From the NCBI RefSeq assembly GCF_902459465.1, contig NC_047065.1, positions 2,542,001 to 2,606,000 of the forward strand: a stretch of DNA of 64,000 nucleotides, written 5' to 3'. The position numbers and the translations under genes were made by a program. The notes beneath the pieces are model-generated. The model saw only the letters and a program-made list of their open reading frames with translations. It did not search any database and was not told the DNA's origin. Origin of the DNA: Asterias rubens. Its lineage: Eukaryota. Shown here one piece after another: positions 1-12,700 of the stretch; position 1 is the first letter of the stretch; each line of letters starts with the position of its first letter.

Positions 1-61
1 GGCTTCGTGAACAATCTTTCTATAGCCTTTATTATAATGTATGTAAAAGCAATAAACTTAC

Positions 62-497
62 GTCTAACATGAAGGAATTCAACCAAGTTAGAAACAGACA
101 CTTGAAGATCATCAAGCTGTCGTCTTAAACCCTGTACCTCCGAGGAGACCGCTGAGACTGTGTTCTGCAATTCCTCGACTGTACGTTTAGTATCAGTAAG
201 CTCGGAGGAAACAGTCTCCTGATTTGCTGCGACTGTGAACTGCAACTCATCTTGACGTATTGATACTGTATGAAGTATTTCCTGGACGGTCGTACAGTTG
301 TAGCCGCCGGTACCGGAGTTCACGGGAACGGATCGCCCGCAAACTGGCGGGTCGACTGTGATGTGTGGCTGGCACACACATCGTTCAGTCTCGCTCGTTG
401 TGTAGGGCCCAATGCTATGCTGAGTTTGGGATCTTGCTCTCATAGCAAACACGGCTAGGAAGACCAACAGGGTCATTTTCATACAAGCTGGTTCCAT
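62..497 (-). CDS. FReD copy 0, exon 1 only (signal peptide + coiled coil); rest of gene lies left of the window
   Basis: Near-identical to 13454-13889 (offset 13,392; one N>D change seen). ATG at 497; GTAAG donor at 61-57, phase 1. Confidence 0.9.
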
Positions 498-1234
498 TTA
501 TAAGGCAAACTGATAAACAATAAATGTAATTTTGCAGGCAGTTTCGTACTTTCAGTTCAGACAAGACGACTTATTATGGTTTAACTTTTGCTGTGACGCA
601 CTAACAAAAATGTTTGGTCAACAGTGAAAACATTGGTTTATTTGCTTTGCGCACAAAAATATTGTTTCTTTGTCAACCATTGGACCAAAACCTACACCAA
701 CAAAGGTTGTTTTTCGATGTATCCATTGACTTTGGGACACTATTCCAACAAGTATGAGGAAGTACATACATGTACACTGCATTACACTTGTATACAGTGG
801 TAGGTAGCGCAAAGTTAATCTGTGCACTGTCTGGGATGATTTTATTTTGTACTTGTCTTCTTTTTTTAAACTAGATTTGGAACAAGCTTAACAAAATCGA
901 CGTTTTACCTCAAAATCAGTTGTGGCCGAAGAAGGATACGTCATGTTTAATTGGAGAAGCTGCATAAATTATAACAATCGCCGTGTGACAAGAGTATCCG
1001 CGATGTGCCCAACACATACAGTTGGTCTTTAAAGCTGCAAGAAAATAAATTGCAAGAAAATAGTTGCACAGAATTGTGTGTTTTCAGATGCCTGAGACAG
1101 GCTTCATGCTAAAGCCTTTCTCAGGTTCAATTTTTGTGTGTGAAAAGTAACCTCTTTCTCTAAAACTGCATTAATCAAAAGGGTGTCATTTCTAACAACA
1201 TTTGATAACATCAACAGCTCTCCAGTGCTCTTAA

Positions 1235-1602
1235 AGCCATTGGACCCTTTCTGAATAGAACAAAAATTTAAAGTTCACAGATTTACAAATAACTTACAGG
1301 GTTTACAGAAGGTAATGGTGAAAGACTTTCCTTGAAATATTATTCAATGAAATGCTTTACTTCTTGAGAAAACATTAAAACAATTATCAATTCTCGTTAT
1401 CGAGAATAACGGATTTATTTAAAACACATGTCATGACATGGCGAAACGTGCGGAAACAAGGGTGGGGTCTCCCGTTATTTTCTCCCGACTCCGATGAACG
1501 ATTGAGCCTAAATTTTCACAGGTTTGTTATTTTATATATTATTTGTGATACAAGATGTGTGGGCCTTTGGACAATACTGTTTACCGATGTTGTGCGATTG
1601 CT
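1235..1602. mobile_element. TTAA-flanked MITE family B (Kolobok-like); other copies 10216-~10580, 14627-14994, 26221-26440 (truncated), 36731-36949 (truncated), 44206-~44570
   Basis: TTAA|AGCCATTGGAC...GCT|TTAA. TTAA target with RR..YY ends fits Kolobok rather than piggyBac. Confidence 0.8.
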
Positions 1603-2060
1603 TTAACAAAGTAAGTTTTCATGGTCGTTTGTTTTTTGGAGTAATTACCATTCTACTTTATACCCCGCCTTTAAAGTGTTTTAATTAACTTTTGTTCCAT
1701 TCAGAGGGAGGTAATACTTTTATTGCGACCACAGAAGATGGGCAGGAATTATTGATTGATAGCTCCTATGTGTGTCAGTACTGTGGGAAGAATGAAGACA
1801 AATTACGACCTCAAGACGCACATGACAATCCATAATAATGAGCAGGTAAGAACAGGTGTTCGTTTGTCCATTTTTCTAGATGATCTACCCTTTAAGGAAC
1901 TCGGCAAACTCCCACAAGGGGATATACACACCAAGCTGGCAACAGCCAATCTCTCTTATAAAACATTGGTTTAATGTCTACGATTAGGAATTATACAAAT
2001 CAAGAAACAATACTTATTATAGTCATTGTAAAATCCGCGATTTGCTTGGAGCCCACAACC

Positions 2061-2277
2061 TTGCAATAGACCGATCCATTAGTTAGGCTCCGCCCACGGC
2101 GCACGTGTGAGCAAGAACATGTGCGCCTCTCCGATGTCATTCTGCACAACTCTGCCGGGCGCGCCAAGCCTACGCACACGCATGTCGGACCTTAATTTGT
2201 CGGACTTTTGGTTGCGCAATGGGTTGTGATTGGTCAAAACGTAATGGGGCGGGACTTAATGGATCGGTCTATTGCAA
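2061..2277. mobile_element. 217-bp MITE with perfect 21-bp inverted ends (copy 15456-15672)
   Basis: ttgcaatagaccgatccatta ... taatggatcggtctattgcaa; the palindromic ttgcaa may be the target duplication. Confidence 0.85.
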
Positions 2278-2629
2278 GTCCTGCAGTCTAACCACTGGAC
2301 CATGTTGACATGGAATGGGAGGAGAGACATACTTTTTCCTGATCTAAAGGCCTTTTTACATACAGTACCCCAGAGAATTGAAGTAGCCTTTTATGAATGC
2401 AAACTAAAGAGGTCTGATGTACATAGGGGCTTTGAAACCCAATTTGACCCCAAGTGTGATTATCATTGTTACAGGTGTACAAGTGCGTTCTAAAATTCTG
2501 CAATACAACCTACAAGGATCAGTTAGGACCAGATACTCGTCCTAACTTAGGACTATCCATGCAATTTGTATATCTCCTAGGACTTGTCCTAAGTTAGGAG
2601 TAGTCCTAACTCTGTGTGAAATCGACCCC

Positions 2630-2988
2630 TGGACACTAGCCAGTCGTCTAGAGAAGAGACTGGACGGCTGCTATACGAGAATGCTTCGCTGTGTTAAACA
2701 GATTCATTGGGACAGGCATGTCACAAACCTGGAACTTTACGGTGGACTACCGAGAGTTAGCACCAAGATTAGGGCAAGAAGGCTGAGACTAGCAGGTCAC
2801 TGTGTCAGACCGTCAGACATGCTGAGCTGGCAGTGAGCAAGCTTGTGCTTTGGGTCCCTACTCAAGGTCACTGTTCCCCTCTGGACTGCGTCGGGAAGAG
2901 CTGCGTACAGCAATGGAGGACCAACGTGTTTGGAGGGCCACCATCCGATGCTCCGCATCGACTGAATGAATTAAAATCTTCTTCTTCC
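2630..2988 (+). mobile_element. RTE-clade LINE 3' fragment (second copy ~16025-16383)
   Basis: WTLASRLEKRLDGCYTRMLR..W..H.TN..LYG.LPRVS..IRARRLRLAGHC is typical of the RTE C-terminus; (TTC)n tail. Confidence 0.8.
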
Positions 2989-5337
2989 TTTCAAGTGCTG
3001 CTTCAATAATTGAAGATTACCGCACTGCGGCTGGGCGCGTGAAACCATGAGACCGTAAGCCAATCTCAAGTGCGAGTGTTATAATGACAAATTATAGCAC
3101 TTCTGTTTCCCTTCGGCCTTGTTGGATAATGGATAAGGGACCCAGACGCACTATATTTTTCCATACACAAGCTTTCAGGCAAACATGATGCGCAGCTTAA
3201 TGCAATATGCGGTATTGGAACAGCACAATATGCAGGGTGTGTTATGGGCCATGCAATAGAAGTCACACCTCTTGTTGCTAAGGGTCGAACAATCAGAATC
3301 GAGGATTCAAGTCTGCTGTCAATACAGAAATAAATTTACTCACACAGAAGAAGATGCAAGTTGATACGTTCAGTTCTTACTGCACTGTTTCCCCAAAAAG
3401 CAACAAATCTGTTTTAGCCACACCAGTTGCGATATGCCAACAAGTCAACATTTCAAAGCTTTATATTATGGTTATAACCAAACCTGTTTCAGTTGAATTG
3501 TCCTTAAGTCAATTATTGGCCAATGACTGCAACAGTTATTGGTTACAGTTGGGAAAACAAACCCCAAGTAGGAAATGTTCAAAGGATATTTAAAGACACT
3601 GGACACTATTAGTAATTGTCAAAGACTAGTCTTCACAGTTGGTGTATCTCAACATAATATGCATAAAATAACAAACCTCATTATTTTGTCTCATTTGTTG
3701 ATACACAGCGGGGATAAACCGTACAAGTGTGATGCTTGTGAGAAGACGTTCAACCGCCCGGATAAGCTAAAGAGACATAACCTCACTCACGATCCTGTCA
3801 AGAAACTCAAATGTCCGTTCCGCTCCTTGACTGGATGCGAGAAGATGTTCAACCGTCCTGATAAACTCAAAGCACATATCATATCACAAAGCGGCATCAA
3901 GCCCTTTAAGTGTCCGCAGTGTTTCAAGTGTTTCAGCCGACGCCCCAATTTGGCGGAGCATATGCGAATTCATACCGATGACTATACCATTCGTTGTAAA
4001 GTATGTAATAAAGGATTCGCCCGTGAGAAATATAAGAATGCTCATAATTGTCCGAGATGGGCACAAACAAGGGAAGCACTGAAATCCAATATAGAATGTG
4101 ACATGAATGAATCTGTCCTTGGTGATTTGTCAAACGAAGCTTTGAAACAAACTGAATCAATCGTCGATGCCAAGTCTCCATCTCACAACATCTCCAAACA
4201 TAATGAGAAACCCGAAGAAGTACATCCAGTTCTCTTAACTAAGACAAGGCAAGTCAGACTCAGGCACTCTGGTTTCTCTATAGAAGGTTCATATGCTTGA
4301 CGACACGGTCACGAGTGAGGCTCCGAGGAGTAGACGATGGCGTGGCGGAGCAAGAGGCAGGCCAAGACGTGTCACTCAGAAGAGAAAAATTCAGAATTGA
4401 TCGACGGAGGATATTGAGAGAGACTTAGAGGCTATCAGGAGTGGCTTGGAGGAGCAGCAACGACAGGAGATGGAGAGACAGAAAGCCAACCAGGAATCCG
4501 CAGAGCATCAACAAGATGGGGATCTGATGGCAGGAAGCTCACGGATGATAACGATCATGGTGACCCCTGACCAGGAGGTGGTCAGTGTCACATCGGGAGA
4601 GACGGTTACTTTGAAACAGCAACAACAGCCAACTATTTCAACTCTACTGCTACTGCACTTCGATCACCATTCTCCGCTTACAAGCAAGTGCCGAATTTCT
4701 GCGCCAGCTCTGTAAGCGTAGAATTCCTAAGTAACATGGAATACGCTTTGCACAAGCCAAAATTCCCTGCTAACCAGTGAAATAAGCTTGACATAAGTGC
4801 AGAATTCCGTGCTTCCGCGAGCGCAGATTATTTGCTTACAGTAAGCAGAGCCATAAAATTTTGGCCCAGGTCCTGCTGGCCAGTCACTAAAATAGTAAAG
4901 GGCAAACCTGTGGCCATAACTTGTCCACTCTCCAATGAAAAACAAAAAGGTTTTACAAAGGAAAAAGTGAAACATTAGAATAGATGTCTTTGTAATTTCT
5001 TGGCTTAGAGATTGCCCAACTTCCTAATTGGAAAGTATCTATCTAGTTGGGTGCAGTATTGACCTGGACTAATATCGACCTGGATTAATACTGACCTGGT
5101 CGTAGTATTGACATCTGTTCTTTTTACACAATCAATGCACTTCTTATCTTAGGATAGGAGTCATTTTTCTGAAACGAAATATCAAAAATAATTAACATAA
5201 TCAATGTTTTTTTACGGATTCCGATCACACACTGTCAAATTCAATCATTGTTATGAACTAAATGAACAAATATTTTAGACAAATCTTTGTATATGTCCTT
5301 TTAATTCCTGAACCATCATAGACATCTGTGACAGACA

Positions 5338-5587
5338 GGGGCCTTATTTCATGGCTCTGCTTACCGTAAGCAAAGAATCAGCGCTTGCGGAATCAGGGAG
5401 TTCCATGCTGATGTTAAGCGTATTTCATGGTTAGCTGGGAACTTTTGCTGGTGCATACTCCAATATACTAGGCATTCTTTGCTTACACAGCTAGCACAGA
5501 AAACCTGTGCTTGGCTTTCACAGTAAGCGAATAATGGGGATCGTAAGTGCAGACTTCAGCAGTAAGCAAAGCCATGAAATTGAGCCC
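5338..5587. mobile_element. PIF/Harbinger-like MITE (copies 18424-18672, 28905-29154, 39414-39663)
   Basis: GGGGCCTTATTTCATGGCT ... AGCCATGAAATTGAGCCC inverted ends. Confidence 0.75.
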
Positions 5588-5823
5588 ATATGAACTGGAT
5601 AATTTAAAAAAAAAAAACTAATCATGAGGATATTCAATCTTGTGAAATTTAGATATTATTGTTAGAACTGTATTAATAGGACAAATCTTTGCTGAGGTGA
5701 TATTTATTTGTTTACAGTGTTTCATTGGATGACATTTTATCTAGTTGTACATCTTTATATGTTTTAAAGGTGTACATTGTGGCCATTGTGCAGAAGATTA
5801 GATTAAGTTCATCTTTTAGCTTT

Positions 5824-5973
5824 CAATAGGAGACTTTCAAACGCTAGGTGGCAGCAGACATACCGGGTAAATTTCCCTTGTTTACGTAGTTCTGAACATG
5901 CGCATAATTCTGAGAACAATGGATTTACCCGGTAAGTCTGCTGCCCTCTATCGTCCCAGAAAGTCTCCCATTG
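5824..5973. mobile_element. 150-bp hairpin MITE (repeated in each unit)
   Basis: caataggagactttc ... gaaagtctcccattg, plus inner gcagcagac/gtctgctgc and ccgggtaaat/atttacccgg inverted pairs. Confidence 0.75.
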
Positions 5974-7024
5974 TCACACCAAATCAACATACGTGAAATA
6001 TTCATCAAATTCAGTGACCACAAACAAAAGGGCTTTCTTATTGCTATAAGGAGTTTGTATTATTTTAGGCTCATTTTGATTGCAACAATTGAAATAATCA
6101 GCAGTTTTGTTTGCAAGGTTATAAAATCTATTTTACTCAAGCTTTGATGGTGTGTTAGATGGAAGTACTTCTCTGGAGGATTGGTACTAGTGAACCATTT
6201 AAATCTGTGAGTTTTCACATTGAAAGTAGTTATTTTTCCCCAGGAAACTTTGTCTTCTAAAACGATGTGTTTTCATTTATTGAATGATGTATACATGTAC
6301 ATGTACATGCATGTATGTATGCCAATTGAGGTGTTTGAAATTATTAAACCAAACTTAAAAGGTCCAGAATGTTGTATTCAGAAGAAAGCTGTTGAGTTGT
6401 TTTGTTTTTGTGTATATTTAATGAGTCAAACAAAGACTGAGGCAAGAAAAGATTGCTGTAGCAAAACAATAAAAAACGCCAGAAATTGGTGGCAAGGTCG
6501 TAATTTTTAACCTTATCGCAAATACTCTGTACGTGCACAATAGACGTGGAATGAGATGCATGGTGGTCTAGCTATAGCTATCAAATTTGGGTACTAGCTA
6601 GACCAGCATACACCTCATTCGGCAGTTTGCGCCTGCGCAATGGTATTTGCGAAAAGGTCTGTGGGTGCATAGCACCACTAGTAAATAAACTCCCGAGCAC
6701 AGATGTGCATAATGTTATAATACACAAACAAGTTGCAAGATAATAATGAAAGAAAAAACACTCTTGTCACACGGTGACGAAGTTGTGTGCTTTCTGATGC
6801 TTGATTTCTAGACCTCAAATTCTCTGAGGTCTCGAAATCAAGATCGTTGAAAATTACTTCTTTCTCGAAAACTACGTCACTTAATACTAAACGTGTCCAG
6901 CCGTCATTTTCACCAAACTCTGCCTAACTTTAGAATCAATTTTAGAACTTAGGACGAGTTCAGTTCCGTAACCATGGGCCTATGATGTTACGACGCATTG
7001 AACCCATCTCCTATAGGACGAGTT

Positions 7025-7366
7025 AATAATAATAATAACCCGTTTTTATATAGAGCTTTACACCAGAAGGGCATCCCAAAGCGCTTCACCGTTATTACCC
7101 CTGGTCACTGGGCCTTAAATCACTCCTGAAACCATCTCAGCTCCCTGGTGGGGAGTATGCAGCCTGTGCAATATTAATTTGCGCTACTCGGCTAAATCAA
7201 TCACAAGAACCATCTCTGCCCTCACAGGTACCCATTTACCCCTGGGTGGAGAGAAGCAATTATAGTGAAGTGTCTTGCTCAGGGACACAAGTGTCACGAC
7301 CGGGATTCGAACCCACACTCTGCTGAACAGAAGCACCAGAGCACCTATCCGCTTGGCCACGACACC
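7025..7366 (-). mobile_element. tRNA-derived SINE
   Basis: Minus strand: A box TGGCCAAGCGG, B box GGTTCGAATCC, GTGTCCCTGAGCAAGACACTT core, (TTA)n tail. Confidence 0.85.
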
Positions 7367-7490
7367 CTGAGTTACTCGTCCTAACTCGATATAGGATTTA
7401 TCCTAGCATTTCGTGAAATCGGCTGCAGTGCCTTTAATTCTAATTGCAACATTCATTTCAATTCAATTCACTTTATTGTCCCAGATGGGA

Positions 7491-7928
7491 AATTCAGTTT
7501 AGACGAGACGACTTATTTATGCACTAACAAAAATGTTTGGTCCACAGTGAAAACACTGGCTTATTTGCTTTGCGCACAAAAATATTGGGTATTTTTTGTC
7601 AATCATTGGACTAAAACGTACACCAACAACGTTGTTTTTCGATCTATCCATTAACCTACACGGGTTAATATTCCAGAAAGTATGAAGTACATATACATGT
7701 ACACTGCACTACACTTTGTATACAGCGGTAGGTAGCAAAAATCATTGCACTGTCTGGGCTGATTTTATTTTGATGTTATTATTTTTTATTTTTTTAAACT
7801 ACACTTGGAACTGACTAACTTATCATGCTTAACAAAATCGATGTTTTACCTCAAAATCAGTTGTGGCCGAAGGAGGGTACTTCTCGTTTAATTGAAGAAG
7901 TTGCATAAATTATAACAATCGCCGTGTG
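7491..7928. repeat. Diverged (~80% by eye) orphan copy of the FReD upstream region 551-990; also ~20570-21005, ~31050-31485, ~41561-41996
   Basis: Colinear blocks such as gcactaacaaaaatgtttggtc, ttatttgctttgcgcacaaaaatattg, acctcaaaatcagttgtggccgaag, gcataaattataacaatcgccgtgtga. Confidence 0.85.
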
Positions 7929-8818
7929 ATAAAAATGTAACCTGGAAAAAGGGTACACTATGAAAACTATATTGAATATAACTAATAAAACACACTCAAG
8001 ATCGGGTGGGGAAAAGACGCGAGGAAATGCACAACAAAAATAGGAACAGATGACACAAAGTATAGGTTTCTCAAACAAAAATAAAAAATGACTTTATTGA
8101 TTATAAGACAATTTAACAAAAGCAGTATAAAACAATGCAAACCAAAAATGGATGAACTTGTGATCTAAACCTTAAAAATTACTCTGTTCGGAACTTCAAA
8201 CAAAGAAAACCAAGTTAAACCTAAACCAAAATAAACTACAAGAAACCTTGACCAAAGCTAACAAAAAAACAAAACAAAAATCAAATTAAAATCAAAATGG
8301 CTTTTGAAACTGATTTCATAATTATTAGCAGGAAATACACTTGAAGCAGGCAAAATTATGTAGAAATTAAAACTTAAGCAGAGAGATAAAACAGAAGTGC
8401 TCCTTGCGCTGCCAGGCTGCTATCTGATTGTTATTTAAAGATACAATCAATCACAACCTCAAGTTCAAAATCAATTTAGCAAAATAATATCTATGAAAGT
8501 TTCATCACATTGGGATAGCCAGTGAATCCAATCTGAAAGATGTTGAGTACAGGAAATTAGAAACCTACCCAAGTTGGATCATTACCTGTTACACAGTTGT
8601 TTATTTTAGATTTCATTCATAGATTATACTTCTGTCATAGATTATATCTGAGCATTAATTAACCAGGACATATCCATTGCAGTTAATATTAGTCTTATTA
8701 GGCCTACTAAGAGAATAATCGACTTTCCACCATACCGCCATTTGCTTGTTTCAAAGCATTTGCAGTGGGTAAAACCCAAACAGAACAATTATTAGGAAAG
8801 GAGACAGTTGTGGTTTAA

Positions 8819-9183
8819 GACACTGGACACTATTGGTAATTGTCAAGGACCAGTCTTCTTACTTGGAGTATATAATATGCATAAAATAACAAACCTGTGA
8901 AAATTTGAGCTCAATTGGTCGTCGAAGTTGCCAGTAGCTATGAAAGAAAAAACAACCTTGTCACACGAAGTTGTGTGCTTTCAGATGCTTTGCGAGACCT
9001 CAAAATCCAGTTCTGATGTCTCATAATCAAGTTCGTGGACACTTACTTCTTTCTCGAAACCGCGTCACTTCAGAGAGAGCCGTTACTCACAATGTTGTAT
9101 ACTATCAACCTCTCCCCATTACTCGTTACCAAGGTTTTATGCTAATAACTATTTGGAGTAATTACCAATAGTGTCCACTGCCT
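8819..9183. mobile_element. TTAA-flanked MITE family A (Kolobok-like, ~370 bp); unit copies 21872-22236, 32347-32710, 42860-43224
   Basis: TIR (A)GACACTGGACACTATTGGTAATT ... AATTACCAATAGTGTCCACTGCCT with TTAA on both sides. Confidence 0.88.
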
Positions 9184-9701
9184 TTAAAAAGGCGTCGATT
9201 TAGTATGGAACCGTATTAAGCCCTTTTTAATGTTCGTATATATCTAAATTCTATGTGAACAACTTACAATAGCAGATCTTTCATGACAAAATTTACAAAA
9301 TAAAATATTGTATTTGATTCAACAAGCCACCGCATTGTTTATAAAAACACTAGCATCCACTCTCATTATACGAGTCGGATTTAGAACGGGTTATATTAGA
9401 AGGGTATCTTGAGAGTTTTATAAGTATCGCGTTTGTACTTGGAAGTCTTACATACTATACTGGTCGTATTGGGTTTAAAGTGACATTCCTTATTAGTTAC
9501 TTTCTGCAACTATTTTAGCTACCCGATGTCACGATTTTTATACATGTCTCATTTAATCCATTGCATTAAAAGTTAATTCACATTAAATTGTTTTCCATGT
9601 TTTCCATTTTTAGGTTTCAAAGTACAGGTTTAATTATTTTTGTTTAAAAATTTACGAGAAACTTAATAAGGTGAAGCGATAAGGTGATTTATGAGGAGAT
9701 G

Positions 9702-9707
9702 TTTATT
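9702..9707 (-). terminator. Candidate AATAAA polyadenylation signal of FReD copy 1 (conserved after each copy)
   Basis: AATAAA ~42 nt after the stop codon on the minus strand. Confidence 0.4.
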
Positions 9708-9748
9708 ACTGCATACCTTTTTAAAATGGTATCCATCTTAATTAAGGA

Positions 9749-12700
9749 CTAAACTTTCCTTCTAATCTTCATCTCAGTTGTTTTGAGTGAGCGCCAACCC
9801 GAAAAGCCAGCCCACACAATTCCTTCTTGGTTCGTAGTGGCCTCATTGAAGTATCTCCCGTTCAAATTGGAGTAGTAGCAGGCACTGTACCACCAGGCTC
9901 CGTGCCATCGCTCAGCACAGTTATAAATACTCTTGGCATCGTTGTCTCGGTCTTTGGTCGTAAAGGCCTGGTTATTGTGGGGTGATAACTTGTCTCCTGA
10001 AAGATAACACACGTAGCCATTATAGTCATACGTGTAAATAAAGGCGATGTTGACAGGAGGTAACTTTAAACATTAATTTGTTTCGAACATAACTTAGGCC
10101 GATAAGGTGCGATTAGAAACAAATTTATCAATTAATGGAACTGGGATATTGGGAGAAGTGAAGTAAATGTTTCACAATCAGGTCCAATTTTAACTGCATT
10201 TTGTTTTCTTTTTAAAGCCATTGGACACATTCTGAACAGAACCAAAAGTTAAAAGTTCACAGATTTACAAATAACTTACAAAGTTTACAGAAGGTACTGG
10301 TGAAAGACTTCCCTTGAAATATTATTCCATGAAACGCTTTACTTTTTGAGAAAACATTAAAACACCTATAAATTTTCGATATCAACAATAACAGATTTAT
10401 TATAAACACATGTCATGACATGGCGAAACGTGCGGAAACAAGAGTGGGTTTTCCCGTTATTTTCTCCTGCCTCCGATGACCGATTGAGCCTAACTTTTCA
10501 CAGGTTTGTTGTTTTATATTATTATACGTTGTGATACACGAAGTGGCCTTTGGACAATACTGTTTACCGATGACAGTTTAATAAGATAGTTAGAAAATTG
10601 CTATCGAAATGGGATTTAAAAGCAACGTTTATACGTTATATTTGTTCTCCTCCAAATTGTGGTTTTACGATTCTGTTAAATGTTTCTAGCGAGTTTAAAA
10701 TGGCTGAATTCAAGTTATTTGTCGTACATTTTGTCATTTTTTAGTTTCAAGGGATTAACATCATCTTCCTCTTTTTTACTTGGTGTTGGGCAGCAAAGGA
10801 TACACCCCTCCAATTTCGGCTTGGTTTGAGCAGCAAGTGATGCAAAATTCTACTCCTCCTTTTTCCGTCTGGAGTTGAGGAACAAAACAAAAACAATTCC
10901 CCCTCCACTTTTTAAGGCACTCCAGACACTATCGGTTATTACTCAAAATGATTATTAGAAACCTACTTGAACTAGCATTGGAGAGATGTGAACATTGTGA
11001 GAAACGGCTCCCTCTGAAGGAACGTAGTTTTTGAGAAAGAGGTGATTTCTCATTCAACTATTTGAATCACGATGTTTCTTTTCTCTCTTTCATTGACACC
11101 AACCAAAAGCAATCGGTCACAGCGATAAACACAGACTACCCTGCCATATTTTTGTATAACTACGAAGTTTCCACTTATAGCATCTTACCTGCGGTTCCAG
11201 AGTAACTTCCTACCATCAGCCGGTAGTTATCGCTCACATCGGCGATGCTGAACGAGCCATAAATAGCAAAGCCGGTATCGTCGTCGAGGCCTGTGAGATC
11301 TACGCGGAGTTCGTACTCGCCCTGAGCAGTCAGACGGTGCAAGTTGTCGTTACCCAGCCAAAACTCTCCCTCTAGATTCCCAAAGCCCCGGCTGTAGTTG
11401 GCAAAGTCCAAATAGAAATCTACACTGCCGTCCTGACGCCGCTGGAAAACCTATCAAGGGAACGTGGAGGTTTTTAAAATAACCCTGGTCTTCTTTGACT
11501 TGATCAAACTTATTCTTATTTACAAATATTCGTAGAGATGAGTACTATCTAATTCACTATAATCCGTGAACTTACCGTCCATCCACCACCGTCTGTTTCC
11601 ATATCACAGTATACCTGGAAAGCTTCACCGGAGTCTAGAGGTTGTACCGAGTACACGCCACTGATCAATTCACCCCTCGCAAGAGTCTCGGAACAATCAT
11701 TTGGAGGGGCAACTGTACAATAATATTTTATGTAAACATTAAAAAAAAAAGTTTTTATTTCACCAACTGTAAGGACATAGATGTTATAATTTAAAGGCAG
11801 TGGACACTATTGGTAATTACTCAAAATAATTATTAGCATAAAACTTTACTTGGTAATGAGTAATGGGGAGAGGTTGATGGTATAAAACATTGTGAGAAAC
11901 GTCTGCATCTGAAGTGACGTAGTTTTCGAGAAAGAAGTATTTTTCCACGAATTTGAGTTCGAGACCTCAAGTTTAGAATTTGAGGTCTCGAAATCAACCA
12001 TCTAAAAGCACACAACTTCGTGTGACAAGGGTGTTTTTCTTTCATTATTAACTCGCAACTTCGACGACCGATTGAGCTTAAATTTGCACAGGTTTGTTAT
12101 TTTATGTATATGTTGAGATACACCAAGTGAGAAGACTGGTCTTTGACAATTACCAATAGTGTGTCCACTGTCTTTAAGAGAGTGATAATAAAGTCTCAAC
12201 GTGTTTTTGAAAAAAAATTAAAGTCACCTTGCAGTGGTATTTTGTCAAAATAAAGCTTTTGTCACTAAAATATGTGTTTTGATGAGTGGAATATGAATAC
12301 ACAATTAACTAAGGTTTAAAAAAATTAGTTTCCATGTAATTTACAAATTTGAAAATAAGCCCGACCCAAGAGGGCGCTGTTCCTCACGTCAATCGAGGCG
12401 CGATGAATCGCATGCAGTGCCAACACAAGATAATGACGCTTGGCGTAAGCTAAAAACATGCCCTCAAAGTTGAAACAATACCTGATTTTTTTCACGTTAC
12501 GCAAATGCTCCTTTAGGTTAGTTACGTCTTTCAGGTACCTTCTTCGACTTCCCAACTAGCTGGAAAAATTGTTGGTATGGCGTCATGTTTTAGAAAGGAA
12601 CTTTTCTCTTCATGTCAAAATGTGTAGTGTATTCCGGATTCTCGAAGCACGACGGCTCGGAGTGTTTGCTGCACAGCGCTGGAAAAGATTTGCAAACTGA

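Larger units (their letters stand above)
1705..4715 (+). pseudogene. ZNF341: ZNF341 genomic fragment, unit 1
   Basis: Exon 1705-1845 ([13 protein letters not shown], frameshifted, flanked by AG/GT), truncated exon 2475-2519 (VYKCVLKFC), and ~3690-4715 ([43 protein letters not shown]) followed by a frameshifted tail. Finger order and sequence match ZNF341 as I recall the human protein. Confidence 0.85.

Noticed and set aside
270-458. 62-aa + strand ORF repeated at 13662
   Set aside because: Antisense to FReD exon 1; repeated only through the tandem duplication.
3690-4715. ZNF341 as a processed retrocopy or as a functional gene
   Set aside because: Upstream exons keep GT-AG intron flanks, so it is not processed; missing exons, frameshifts and a lost zinc ligand argue against function.
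7290-7366. tRNA gene (A and B boxes)
   Set aside because: Head of a SINE: followed by a SINE core and (TTA)n tail, and no acceptor stem is evident.
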